Shown: piece by piece, positions 26,999 to 38,829 of the stretch
Position numbering within the stretch: position 1 is the first letter of the stretch
Layout: each line of letters opens with the position of its first letter
From: Anaeramoeba ignava BMAN
Taxonomy: Eukaryota; Protista; Anaeramoebae
NCBI GenBank assembly: GCA_028826165.1
Contig: JAPDFW010000092.1
Location: forward strand, 434,001 to 498,000
Length of the DNA: 64,000 nucleotides
Reading direction: 5' to 3'
Program-made: the position numbers and the translations under genes
Notes under the pieces: model-generated
Database searches by the model: none
What the model was told of the DNA's origin: nothing
What the model saw: only the letters and a program-made list of their open reading frames with translations

Positions 26999-29900
26999 AT
27001 GAATAACAATAATAATAATAATAATAATTTAACTAAAGATGAATTAATTCAAAATTTAAATCAAATTTCAAAGCAAATTCAATTTTTAAAAGTATTAATT
27101 TTTTTTTAAAATAATAAAATAATAAAATAATAAAATCTTTTTTTTTTTAGAAAGCTTCACTTGAAAGTTTTGATAATAAAACAATGCTTTTAGTTCAATT
27201 TTATGATCAAATGCATTTAGTTGATTCAGAATTAGATAAATTAATGATTTGGATAAATGAAATTGAAACAAAAGCACAAATAATTTCTGGAGTAAATTTC
27301 ATTTACAAATCAAAATATAAAAATATAAATATAAATATAAATATAAATATAAATATAAATATAAATATAAATATAAATATAAATATAAATATAAATATAA
27401 ATATAAATATAAATATAAATATAAATATAAATATAAATATAAATATAAATATAAATATAAATATAAATATAAATACAAATATAAATACAAATATAAATAT
27501 AAATATAAATCAAATTCAAATTCAAAATCAAAATTAAATTCAAATTCAAATTCAAAATTAAATTCAAATTCAAATTCAAAATTAAATTCAAATTCAAAAT
27601 CAAATTCAAATTCAAATTCAAATTCAAAATCAAAATCAAATTCAAAATCAAAATCAAAATCAAAATCAAAATCAAAATCAAAATCAAAATCAAAATCAAA
27701 ATATAAATATAAATATAAATATAAATATAAATTCAAAATCAAATTCAAAATCAAAATCAAAATCAAAATCAAATTCAAAATAAAATTCAAATTCAAAATC
27801 AAAATTAAAATCAAATTCAAAATCAAAATCAAATTCAAAATCAAAATCAAAATCAAAATTAAATTCAAATTCAAAATTAAAATCAAAATCAAAATTCAAA
27901 ATTTAAATTCAAAATTTAAATCAAAATCAAAAATTAGCAAACACAACATTACCCTTTATTACAAAATGAATTCGAACAAAATCGTAACTTAATAACCTTA
28001 ATCAAACACATCAACCAAATACAACAAAAATTCGAACTTTTCGAAGAACATTCTGAAGAAAATCAATACTTAAATTGTGTAAAAGATATCAAAGAAATTG
28101 AAACTCAAATAAATTCACTCACAGAAAATATAAAAAAATTACTCAAAGAAGAACAACAAAATCTTGATAAAATTGAAGAAGCAAATTTTTTAAAAATAAT
28201 GTATCAAGAATACATTCGAAAAAAATCATTTATTGAACAAATTTTAATTCAAACATTAGAAAATTACTTCATTTTCAATGAAAATGAAATTCAAATGCAA
28301 ATTTTACTCGAAATTTCCAAAATTTCTGGAATTGAAACAATATCATCTCCAATAAAACTCAACGAAATAATCGAATCACTTTTTGAATTGAAAATGATTG
28401 AATCAAAACTTGAAAATATTTTTGATAAATTTTTGCAAAAGATAATCATTCCAATAATAACAAATCCAAAACTAAAAATGATCATTTCAAAAGGACATCA
28501 AGAATTCACAATACAATGTGTTTTTGACCCAACAACTCAGTTTGAAAATGAAACATCAAATGTCACTCATGCATTCACACAAATACATAATTCACACTTA
28601 GTTGTAATTCAAGATATAATGATGAAATTGAATCAAGTTTTGACAGCATTTTTCAACAGCATATTTGCAGATAAAAATAATTACCAGGATGTCTCTATGA
28701 AATTGGGAACAGAATTATTCACCAAAATAACTGATTTGTTGATCAAAAATTGGCTTGAAAAATCTAATCCCACAAAATATGAAGGAGCTCAATGCTTTTT
28801 TAAAATAGAGAAGATATATGCTCAGACACAAATAAGTTTGAAGTATCTTTACAGAAGTTGGGAATGGTGGGAGAGAATGAAACAAGACTGTCCCAATATC
28901 TGGAAAATATGGAGCGAAAATTTTTGGATCAAAAACATGACAAAATCTTACAAACAGCAAGACAATTTCTACTGTCTTCAGATTACTCTGTCGTTGGAAA
29001 TAAGCGACGAAACGGAGAGAACAGCTCTGTCAACATTCGACATGGCGGGAGGAAAGGACAAGAAAGGCAAGACAGGAATATCTGGGAAAGATTGGATGAA
29101 AAATGTTGAAAAATTCGATAAAAATCAATCAGGAAATAGTGAGTATTTGGCTCAATTTTTTGAGTTTCGATTACCAACAATGAAAATACAATCAAGCACA
29201 CAGAGACTTGTAGAGCTTGCTTATCAAACTTTAGAGGAAGCTTGTAGTTCTGAATCATCGAAATTTGCTTGGGAATTGTATCAATCAACAAGAGATATTT
29301 TCGACATGTATTTAGTTTTAGTCCCAAATTTCCATGGATCAAACATTGCAGAAACAAGCCATCTCAGTGCGTTATTTTATCACGATTGCATGTACATTTC
29401 ACATCACTTACTGACATTGGGCGCTCGGTATCGTGATCGTCTTCCAGAGCCATTGAATCGCACTTCAAGTTTTATAGATTTTGTTCCACTTTTTCGTGAT
29501 CTTGGCGAAAATTGGCATTCACAGCAACTCCAATCCCAGGCTGCTCATCTCCGCTCACTTCTCAAAGATATATATCCTCTGTTCGCAAACCTTGACTCAT
29601 ATTCTACTCCCCGTGTTGAGTCTGCTTTGTTGCAAATTAGTGCTCATGTTGAACGTTTGTCTAATTCTTGGAAAGATATTTTGACAAGTGAAATTCTCAT
29701 TGGTTCGCTTGGAAAAATTCTCAGCATACTTTTGAGAGATATTGTTGATAATGTTCTCTTACTTTCGGATATATATGAACCAGTTATTTTGCATGGATTA
29801 CTTTCTAAGTTGCTTGTTTTTATTCCGAGAATTCTTTTCAAAAGTGACAGTCAAACAAATCAAAAGGATTCTGATGATGTTCATGTTGATTCTGATGTTA

Positions 29901-30130
29901 ATCTTGATTCTGATGCGAATGTGAAACGATATGTTTCTGTTTGGAAGAGGTTTAAAACCTTATTGATTTTTTTGAAAGATGGATTGAAAGAAATTGTTGA
30001 AAAAGTGCGAAAAAATGAAATTGAGGATTTTTTTGTTGAAGAAGTTATACATTTAATTCAAGCTATTTTTGAAAAGAGTGTTTTAAGAGAACAAAGTATT
30101 GAAGATATTAAAGTGATGATGAAGAAATAA
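26999..30130 (+). CDS. ZW10: ZW10 / Dsl1 (NRZ tether and kinetochore RZZ subunit); multi-exon, apparent frameshifts ~28790-28990
   Basis: LYQSTRDIFDMYLVLVPNFH...LSALFYHDCMYISHHLLTLG, SFIDFVPLFR.LG, L..SWKDIL, EEVIHLIQAIFE..LRE match the ZW10 C-terminal domain; upstream exons start at ATG 26999. Confidence 0.85.
27315..27935. repeat. (AAATAT)n followed by (AAAATC/AAATTC)n arrays in a ZW10 intron
   Basis: Directly visible between GTAAAT at ~27292 and AG at ~27937. Confidence 0.85.
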
Positions 30131-30139
30131 GAAGACAAA

Positions 30140-31270
30140 TTTATTAAAGAATTAATTATTAAATTTATTAAAAAATTAATTAAAAAATTTATTAAAAAAT
30201 TTATTAAAGAATCTATTAAAGAATTAATTAAAAAATTAATTAAAAAATTTATTAAAAAATTAATTAAAAAAAGTGGAACATTTTGGAATTAAATTTATTT
30301 CTTTTATTATTATTAAATTTATTATTAAATTTATTAAAAAATTAATTAAAAAAAGTGGAACATTTTGGAATTAAATTTTATTTCTTTTTTTATTATTAAA
30401 TTTATTAAAAAATTTATTAAAAAATTTATTAAAAATTTATTAAAAATTAATTAAAAATTAATTAAAAATTAATTAAAAATCTATTAAAAATTAATTAAAA
30501 AGTGGAACATTTTGGAATTAAATTTATTTCTTTTTATTATTAAATTTATTAAAAAATTTATTAAAGAATTTATTAAAAAATTTATTAAAGAATTTATTAA
30601 AAAATCTATTATTAAATTTATTAAAAAATTTATTAAAGAATTAATTAAAAAATTAATTAAAAAGTGGAACATTTTGGAATTAATTTTATTTCTTTTTATT
30701 ATTAAATTTATTAAAAATTTATTAAAAATTTATTAAAAATTGATTAAAGAATTCATTAAAAATTTATTAAAAAGTGGAACATTTTGGAATTAAATTTATT
30801 TCTTTTTATTATTAAATTAATTAAAAATTAATTAAAGAATTTATTAAAAATTTATTAAAGAATTTATTAAAAATTTATTAAAGAATTTATTAAAAATCTA
30901 TTATTAAATTAATTAAAAATTTATTAAAGAATTAATTAAAAATTTATTAAAAAGTGGAACATTTTGAATTAAATTTATTTCTTTTTATTAAAGAATTAAT
31001 TAAAAATTTATTATGGAACATTTTGGAATTAATTTTATTTCTTTTATTATTATTAATTAATTAAAAATTTATTAAAGAATTTATTAAAAATTTATTAAAG
31101 AATTTATTAAAAAATCTATTATTAAATTAATTAAAAAATTTATTAAAAAATTTATTAAAAAATTTATTAAAAAAAGTGGAACATTTTGGAATTAAATTTA
31201 TTTCTTTTTTTATTATTAAATTTATTATTAAATTTATTAAAAAATTTATTAAAAAATTCATTTCTTTTTT
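30140..31270. repeat. Composite repeat: ~33-bp AAAAGTGGAACATTTTGGAATTAAATTTATTTC motif (~8 copies) separated by variable numbers of ~12-bp ATTAAAAAATTT-like units
   Basis: Motif at ~30270, 30351, 30498, 30660, 30770, 30950, 31013 (variant), 31172; lies between the convergent ZW10 and DOCK stops. Confidence 0.85.
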
Positions 31271-31353
31271 TATTATTATTAATAATGAAAATTAAAATAT
31301 TGTTTCTCTTCTTTTATCCTTTCAAAAAAAAATTAAATTAAATTAAATTAAAT

Positions 31354-34300
31354 TTATTTCTCCTTCTCAGCTTCATTAAAATTATTATCATCTAAAAAAG
31401 ATTCACTATTTTCTTTCAAAGTGTGAAAACCTTGTTTAACAGCTTGATTAAACTCTTTCTGATTATCCTTTGCATACTTCTCATTTTCATTTATGGCATC
31501 AGAAAGCATAAGAATAAACTTTCTAAATTCATCACGAAGTTCCAAAACTTGAGGAAGAGGATATTCAAAAGGGGGAGAAAGGAAAACCTTACAAATTTCA
31601 AAAGGACCAACATTAACAGCAGTAAGACAAGCACCAGAAAGAATTGACTGAAGAAGATTGATGTTTTTTTCTTTAGCAGAAAGAATATTAGAAAGTTCGA
31701 TATTTTTGGATCGTAAATTTTCCAAAGAAACAATAATTGGGGAAAGTTCAGTAACTTTTTTATCAACAACAGGAAGACGTTTGACAATATAGGGAAAATG
31801 ACCATCGCAAGAAAGAACAGTCTTGCGGATCCACTGTTCGCCAATAGATCCCTGCGTCTTGCCTGTCTTTGTAAATGGGGTTTGAAATTGGAAATTAGAG
31901 ATATCGAAGGAGCGTTGGAAACGAGTCACGCGCATATTTTCTTCAGATTCAGGGAAATAGGGTGTGAGCGCGGTGACTTGAAGATAGACTTTATCGGGAG
32001 AAAGAGTGGATGTGTCGGGAGGTGTTGAGGTCTGGAGAATCACGACGTTTTCTGGGCCGAAGACGGGAGAGAACTGGGATTTAAGTCGTTCTGTAAGTGA
32101 AAAGAGATGAGTTAGATCAGACTCACGATAGACAAACTCTCTCGTGTTAAGCTCGCCAAACTTTGTGCCGAAGAAGGCAACTCGGAAATAGGCTCCGAGC
32201 GTCTGGGAATGCTGGACAGATTGCGAGTCCTCAATAAGTTCGTCGTATGTCAATTTAAGATCGTGATGAGTGGATGATAAGGCTGGGTAATCACGTGCGT
32301 GTTTGTATATGGGGATGAGGAGGGAATACAGCTCGACTTGTGCTTCAAGAAGCTTGCATTTCTTGAGATCACGAGCTGTTTTTTTAAGAACAGAAATTAA
32401 GCCTTTTTCAGTGAAAAATGGGGATTGACAGAATCGCTCGATGTCTGAGGTCTTCATCTCGCAACTTTCATTTACACATGTTGCGGAGACTGATGCGAAT
32501 GCGCGAGCGCCTTGAGGAAGCCATAAGTTATCGGGGATGCATAAGGTGTAGATACTCGCCAACAAGCGCACACATGTGCAAAGAGGCAAGTGTTGCTTCC
32601 GTGAAATTTTTGTTGTTAATATGAAATTTCTGTAGAGACTCAAGCCATGTCAACCGCAGATCGGGCGCCTTGTTGTAACCGTCTGCAATACGATGGTATA
32701 GGTGAGCGGTCATCTCAGGATCGTACCGATACTTCTTTAGCTTAACCGAGTCGCGTAGGATGTTGCTCATCTCATCCGCATGAACATGCATTTTGCGCGC
32801 AAATTCCGACAGAGAACGTGATTCTATATCAGCATATTTTTTCAGCACAAGAAGCGCTCTTCGGACAAACACTTCTTCCTTGAATTGTTCAGGGTCGCCT
32901 ACCAATCTACTGAAGGCGATTGTTGTGTGAATTTGAGTTCGGACAAAATTCCCACAAACTTCGTGGTTTCTGCGGAAGAGCATATACAACATGGAATTCG
33001 CAGCAGCCCTGATGGTATCATCGTGAGATACTGTTTTGCCGAATATTTGTGTGCAAAGCTCTGAAAGGAAGTGGTTATTATGAATAAACACAATGTTCTC
33101 GAAAGATCGAACAAAGAGAGTAAGAGAAGAGAAAAAAATTGACAACATCAGGTTTGATTGATTCTTGCGTAGAAATGCCACAAGCACATGGAAAATCTGA
33201 CCGAGAACACTTGTCTCTGCAGAAACATCTTCCTGTTCGAGTTCTTTTGCGAAGCGTTTGTAGAGATCCTCAGTCACATCAAGCACAACTATTCCAACTT
33301 CCGTTGCCAACGCTCCTTCATTCACTGCGTTTGTGAAAACTGGAGGCCGATTATTCAAGGTGCCACTTATAGTCCCTCTCATAGTCTCAAATGCTGTGCG
33401 TTGATCTACTGAGAATTGCCTTACAGGATGCTGGGGTCCTTCTGTGTTGATGTTGTTCTCCCCACTCTTCGTTTCTTCCTTCTCGGATTTTGGCGCAACC
33501 CGCATGGATTGCAACTCTCGTCGCTTGCGTTTCATCATCTTCGCTCCTCCTGCGTACGATTGCTCCAATGCATCAAGGGCACTCACCGTCTTGCTCTGTG
33601 CATTTGCTGCGATTTTTTCTGTTCGTTCGTTTTCTTCAAGTTTTTTTTTCCCGGCATATTCAAAAGTTCCGAGACATAATCCTAAAGCCTCAAAAAGTCC
33701 CAAACGTCTTCGCAGTGCTTCTACTCCAAACCATTTGCACAAATACTCCCGATCAATATTCTTCAGGATATATAAAAACACAACAAGCATCGATCTGCGA
33801 ATTTCCGTATTTTGCTTTTTGCATAAATTTACATGATCAATAAGCATCAATACATAAAGTAAATATACTCCACAGAACCGTGCTTTGGCTCCCTCTGCGC
33901 GTAGTTTCGGATCCGCATCGTGCTTGGCAATAAGATCCCGCAGAACACCTACTGCCATCAATTTCGCTCGATCAGTTGCCTCTTTTTCTTCGATTGTCCG
34001 GAAAATTGTGCGGATCAATATTCCGGCCAAAAAATGTCGAGATGCCAGAAATTTTGTCAAATTTGTTGTTGTTGACATTTGCACAACAACCGGCAAATTT
34101 AATGGTAAAAAATTTTCATAATCAATTAAATTCTGCAAGAATTCATATTTAAGAGTCTCAAGACTGCTTTCCCAAGGCTGCGCGCGCAAAATCTTGATAT
34201 GGCGTTTTGCAAGCCGAAACACTTCGCCAGTTGGCATCACGCCGAATAGATCCTTGAGGAAATTTGCAAATGCTTGGTTGAGTCTTTTCGCCACGTTCAA

Positions 34301-37300
34301 TCCCTTGCTGGATCTAAGTCTAACATGCCTAGTGATATTCTCTCCAAGAGCTCTTATGCTCTCTATTGCGCTGTCTGAGAACCGCATTTTCCAGTCGTGT
34401 TTTCCTTTCAATTTTCCACTCGAATCGAGTTCAAGTCCCATTGACTTTGTGATCAGCTCAAGAAAGAACGCTGCAGGATTAACATATTCATTACCTTCCG
34501 CACGGATCTCCTCTCCGCCTTTCTCATGCGCTTCAATATCGCGCGCAAGTATCTGGTTCCATTGCGCAGGGATTTCTATATAAACTTTTTTTTGCGAGTC
34601 TCGATCGTCGAAAATAAAATCGCTATAAGTCCGTAAAACATCGCATTCTTTCTCGTCCTGAAGAAGAGATATCTGATACGCAACACGCGCAAATGTCGCA
34701 AACGCTTCTGCTCGAATGCGTTGTGTCATCTTCTGTTCGTCTTCATTGTCCTCGTTTTCGTTGTTTTCTGGTTCGCAAATAAGTTTGACCAGAAGATTCA
34801 GTAAAACTGCCGAGAAATGCACAAGGATTTCTCCAATCTCCTCTGCATGAGCACGGAGTTGGATCATTGTTTCAACGAGTTTTGTTTTTCCGCCCTGTGC
34901 ATAATTGCGGAAGCCTTGGAAAAAGGCGATTACATGGGGATTTTGGGGATAAACTGAAGATTCAACTTTGACTTGAACTTGCAAAAAGTTTTTTTGTTTT
35001 TCCTGCATGACAAGCTCAGGAGAGGACAAGTACCCAGAGACCGGCAAAGCAACACCGATTGGGAGAGTGTATTCTCCGTCGATCATAAACTGTTTGTGGA
35101 ATACAGGCATTGCACAGTGACCAAACGGTCCCTCGGATTTTTTTTGTTTTTTGAGCTTGCAATTGACGTGATAGAGCGAAAACAAGACATGATGTTGCGG
35201 GGTTAAATGAAGAGGAAGAAGAATCTTGATCTCGTCATAAAGCTTAGGCTTTCGGTTATGGTACTGCACTGCTGTCAACTGGTGGTCCATAAACCGTTTC
35301 TGTAAAACGTTCCCGTAAAAAACTGTTAGTCCTTCGCTGTGGAGATCCGTATCGTTCTCCTTCATCTGGAGCTTGATGCTGATGTTCCGAGCCGAACTTC
35401 CCTTCACATTTGCGATGTTCAACTGTCGCAGATAAATATACATGTTGTTGACATACTCCATTTTAGGAACAAGCGGTTTTTCAATCGGAAAACTTTCTAT
35501 TTCTCGCACTGGAATTGCTTGTCTTGTTTTTGTCTGATCCTTTTCCTGCTGCTCTTTGTTCTCTTTTCCTTTTATTTTCACAGTACGCAAACTTGTGTCA
35601 ACAACTATATTTTCTTCGTGAATTTTTTGTTCCAATTCTTTTTCGAACTGGTGAATTTTGAACAGCAATGTTCCGTTAAGAAGGTTTGGTTTCTTTGGTG
35701 TTGATTTCTTGTCCGTCATCAAAGAAATCATCTGTTCTTCGCTCATATCTTCTCTTGCTCTGTAAAATCCTTCCATTTTTTGTGTTTCTGTGCTTCGGAA
35801 TGTTTCTTCTAATGTGTTGTTTTTCATGTCATATTGAAATAATGGAAATACTGACCATCCCACTGTTTGACGATATTTGGATAATCTTTGACAAGTTTCT
35901 TGCACTTTTGCTTTTAGTTTGTTTAATGCTTTTCCTTTTGTTGGTAACTTTATTTTCAAATTTTAATTTTCAAAATGAATTTTAATTTCAAAATTAATTT
36001 TCAAAATGAATTTTAATTTTAAATTAATTTTAATTTTAATTTTAATTTTAATTTTCATTTTAATTTTAAAATGAATTTTAATTTTAATTTTAATTTTAAT
36101 TTTAATTTTAATTTTAATTTTAATTTTAATTTTAATTTTAATTTTAAATTTCAAAATGAATTTTAATTTTAATTTTAATTTCAATTTCAAAATGAATTTT
36201 AATTTTAATTTTAATTTTAATTTTAATTTTAATTTTAAATTTAATTTTAATTTTAATTTTCAAAATGAATTTTAATTTTAATTTTAATTTTAATTTTAAT
36301 TTTAATTTTAATTTTAATTTTAATTTTAATTTTAAATTTAATTTCAAAAAATGAATTTTAATTTTAATTTTAATTTTAATTTTAATTTTAATTTTAATTT
36401 TAATTTAAATTTCAAAATGAATTTTAATTTTAATTTTAATTTTAATTTTAATTTTAATTTCAAAATGAATTTCAATTTCAAAATTAATTTTAATTTTATT
36501 TGTTTACTCCCTTAGAATAAGTCTCAATAAACGAATCATAACTTCCTTGTAAAATCTTTTCAATAACTAAAACAAGATAAATTGAATTTGAAGGTTGAGC
36601 TACTTGAAATATCGCCTTTTTTGGCATTGTTACATAATCAAGATTCTCAGTTTTTTGTAAAACAAATCGATTAAATTTTTCTGGATTTAATTCAAACCGA
36701 AAATTTTCAGAAATTTTCTTTTTTTTAGAAGTATCAAATAAAAAAAGGATGCAATAAAAAGGTTCAATTTGTTCTTGAGTAATCATTTTCAATTCAATTG
36801 GTTCAATAATAAATCGATAAGCTTCTGGTTCTCCAAATGGTTTTGTTGGCTGTCGAGAATCACCTATTTGATTCTCAATATCAATATCACTGAATAAATG
36901 GAACAAATTACGTGATTTTTCTTGTCGAATATTTGAATTTTTTTTAAATGCTTCTTTTGTTGGCTTTAAATTAAGTATTTCGTTATTTAATTCTTCTTTT
37001 TTCACTTCAACTTGCTTTAAATTCTTTTCATCTTCATTTTCATTTGTTGAAAATTGATATTTTTCTAATGAAATGTAATTCTCATCAGTTTTTCTTGATT
37101 CTAAATAATCAATTTCAAATTTTTCTGGTTCAATTTTTTCTCTTTCTTGAGTTGGGATAGTGTTTTGATATCTTCGATATTTTCTATTTAAAGATACCCA
37201 ATCTGAATAAAATGTTTTAGCACATTCTTGGTGATATAAAGAAGATTCATCAAAACGGGTCTATTTTAAATATTAATTTAAATATTAATTTAAATATTAA

Positions 37301-37975
37301 TTTAAATATTAATTTAAATATTAATTTAAATATTATTATAAATATTAATTTAAATATTAGTTTAAATATTAATTTAAATATTAATTTAAATATTAATTTA
37401 AATATTAATTTAAATATTAATTTAAAATATTAATTTAAATATTAATTTAAATATTAATTTAAAATATTAATTTAAATATTAATTTAAATATTAATTTAAA
37501 TATTAATTTAAATATTAATTTAAATATTAATTTAAATATTAATTTAAATATTAATTTTAAATATTAATATAAATATTAATTTAAATATTAATATAAATAT
37601 TAATTTAAATATTAATTTAAATATTAATTTAAATATTAATTTAAATATTAATTTAAATATTAATTTAAATATTGATTAAAATATTAATTTAAATATTAAT
37701 ATAAAATATTAATTTAAATATTAATTTAAATAATTTAAATATTAATTTAAATTAATAAATAATTAAAAAAATAAAATGTGGTAAATTTTATTTACAGTAT
37801 CTTCTTCAATTCTTAACTCCCTTTTGATTTGTTGAACTTCAATATGATCATCGGGAAAAACTGTAATTTCTGGTAATGGATCCTTTTTCATTGATAATGA
37901 TTTAATTTCAGAATCATAATCCTGTTTAAAAGTTTTTTTTGTTTCTTCTGTTTTAATTTCTAATTGTTGAGTCAT
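31354..37975 (-). CDS. DOCK-family (Zizimin-related, DOCK-C/D-like) Rho GEF; exons 37975-37796, 37260-36508, 35947-31354; frameshift ~32530
   Basis: N-terminal FPDD.IEV....RE.R and ECAKTFYSDW; IEPFYCILFLFD..KKISENF; DHR-1 C2 (ARNISIK, YHNRKPKLYDEIKI.LP, HHVLFSLYHV); DHR-2 (PDLRLTWL, GAYFRVAFFG, EFVYRE, TPFTKTGK, VNVGP). Confidence 0.92.
35960..36495. repeat. (TTTTAA)n array in DOCK intron 2
   Basis: Directly visible. Confidence 0.85.
37265..37750. repeat. 12-bp self-complementary repeat (TTTAAATATTAA)n in DOCK intron 1
   Basis: Directly visible. Confidence 0.9.
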
Positions 37976-38109
37976 CAGTTTGTTTTCTTTTTGAAAATTA
38001 AAAAAAAAAAAATGAAATAAAAAAATGAAAAAAACATTCCAAAATAAAATTTTTTTTTTTGCTTTTTTTTATTTCAAGAAAATTAAACATTAATCTCTTT
38101 TCCAATTTA

Positions 38110-38323
38110 TTTTAAATTGATTATAAATTGATTTAGAAATTGATATTGAAATTGATTTAGAAATTGATTTAGAAATTGATTTAAAAATTGATTATAAATT
38201 GATTTAGAAATTGATTTATAAATTTGTTTATAAATTTGTTTATAAATTTGTTTGTAAATTTGTTTATAAATTGATTTAGAAATTGATTTAGAAATTGATA
38301 TTGAAATTGATTTAGAAATTGAT
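38110..38323. repeat. 12-bp satellite (TTAGAAATTGAT / TTATAAATTTGT), left part, interrupted by the element
   Basis: The same units resume at 40559. Confidence 0.85.
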
Positions 38324-38438
38324 TTATTGGACCCTGAAGCCATAAATAAATGAATCTAAAAAAAAAATTATAGTTCCGAAAAAAAAGGAGAAATTCTCTT
38401 TTTGAATTAAAATCAATAAAATTTGGTTGGTTCAATTT

Positions 38439-38755
38439 GAGAGAGAGTTATAAAAAATTTATAGCCCATGTACTTTGAGGGGGTATACCTACAATAACAT
38501 TTCAATTTATTTCGTAGTAACTATAAATTGCTCAGTCATCATTTCCCTAAATTAAAAAAATACTTAATTCTCCTTTTATTTTCTTTTTTTTATTTGTCTC
38601 ACACTTAATTTCCAATAAAAAAATTTTCATTGATTCAGTTCGAGAGAGAGTTATAAAAAATTTATAGCCCATGTACTTTGAGGGGGTATACCTACAATAA
38701 CATTTCAATTTATTTCGTAATAACTATAAATTGCTCAGTCATCATTTCCCTAAAT
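38439..38755. repeat. Two 114-bp direct repeats (38439-38552, 38642-38755; one substitution) upstream of the recombinase ORF
   Basis: GAGAGAGAGTTATAAAAAATTTATAGCCCATGTACTTTGAGGGGGTATACC...CATCATTTCCCTAAAT occurs twice. Confidence 0.95.
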
Positions 38756-38829
38756 CAAAAAAGTTCCATCATCATTGGAGTTTAAAAAAAAAAAATTCTT
38801 TTCTAATATTTATTTTTCTTTTACAAAAA

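Noticed and set aside
30140-31270. CRISPR-like array (constant ~33-bp motif with variable spacers)
   Set aside because: Spacers are built from the same 12-bp AT unit rather than unique sequence; no cas genes; eukaryotic context
32899-35985. Multiple antisense ORFs overlapping DOCK
   Set aside because: Shadow ORFs arising from the higher GC of the DOCK exon; no recognisable motifs
38340-38641. Guide-like match between the element's leader/spacer and the target satellite
   Set aside because: Only short (8-10 nt) AT-rich matches, expected by chance at this composition
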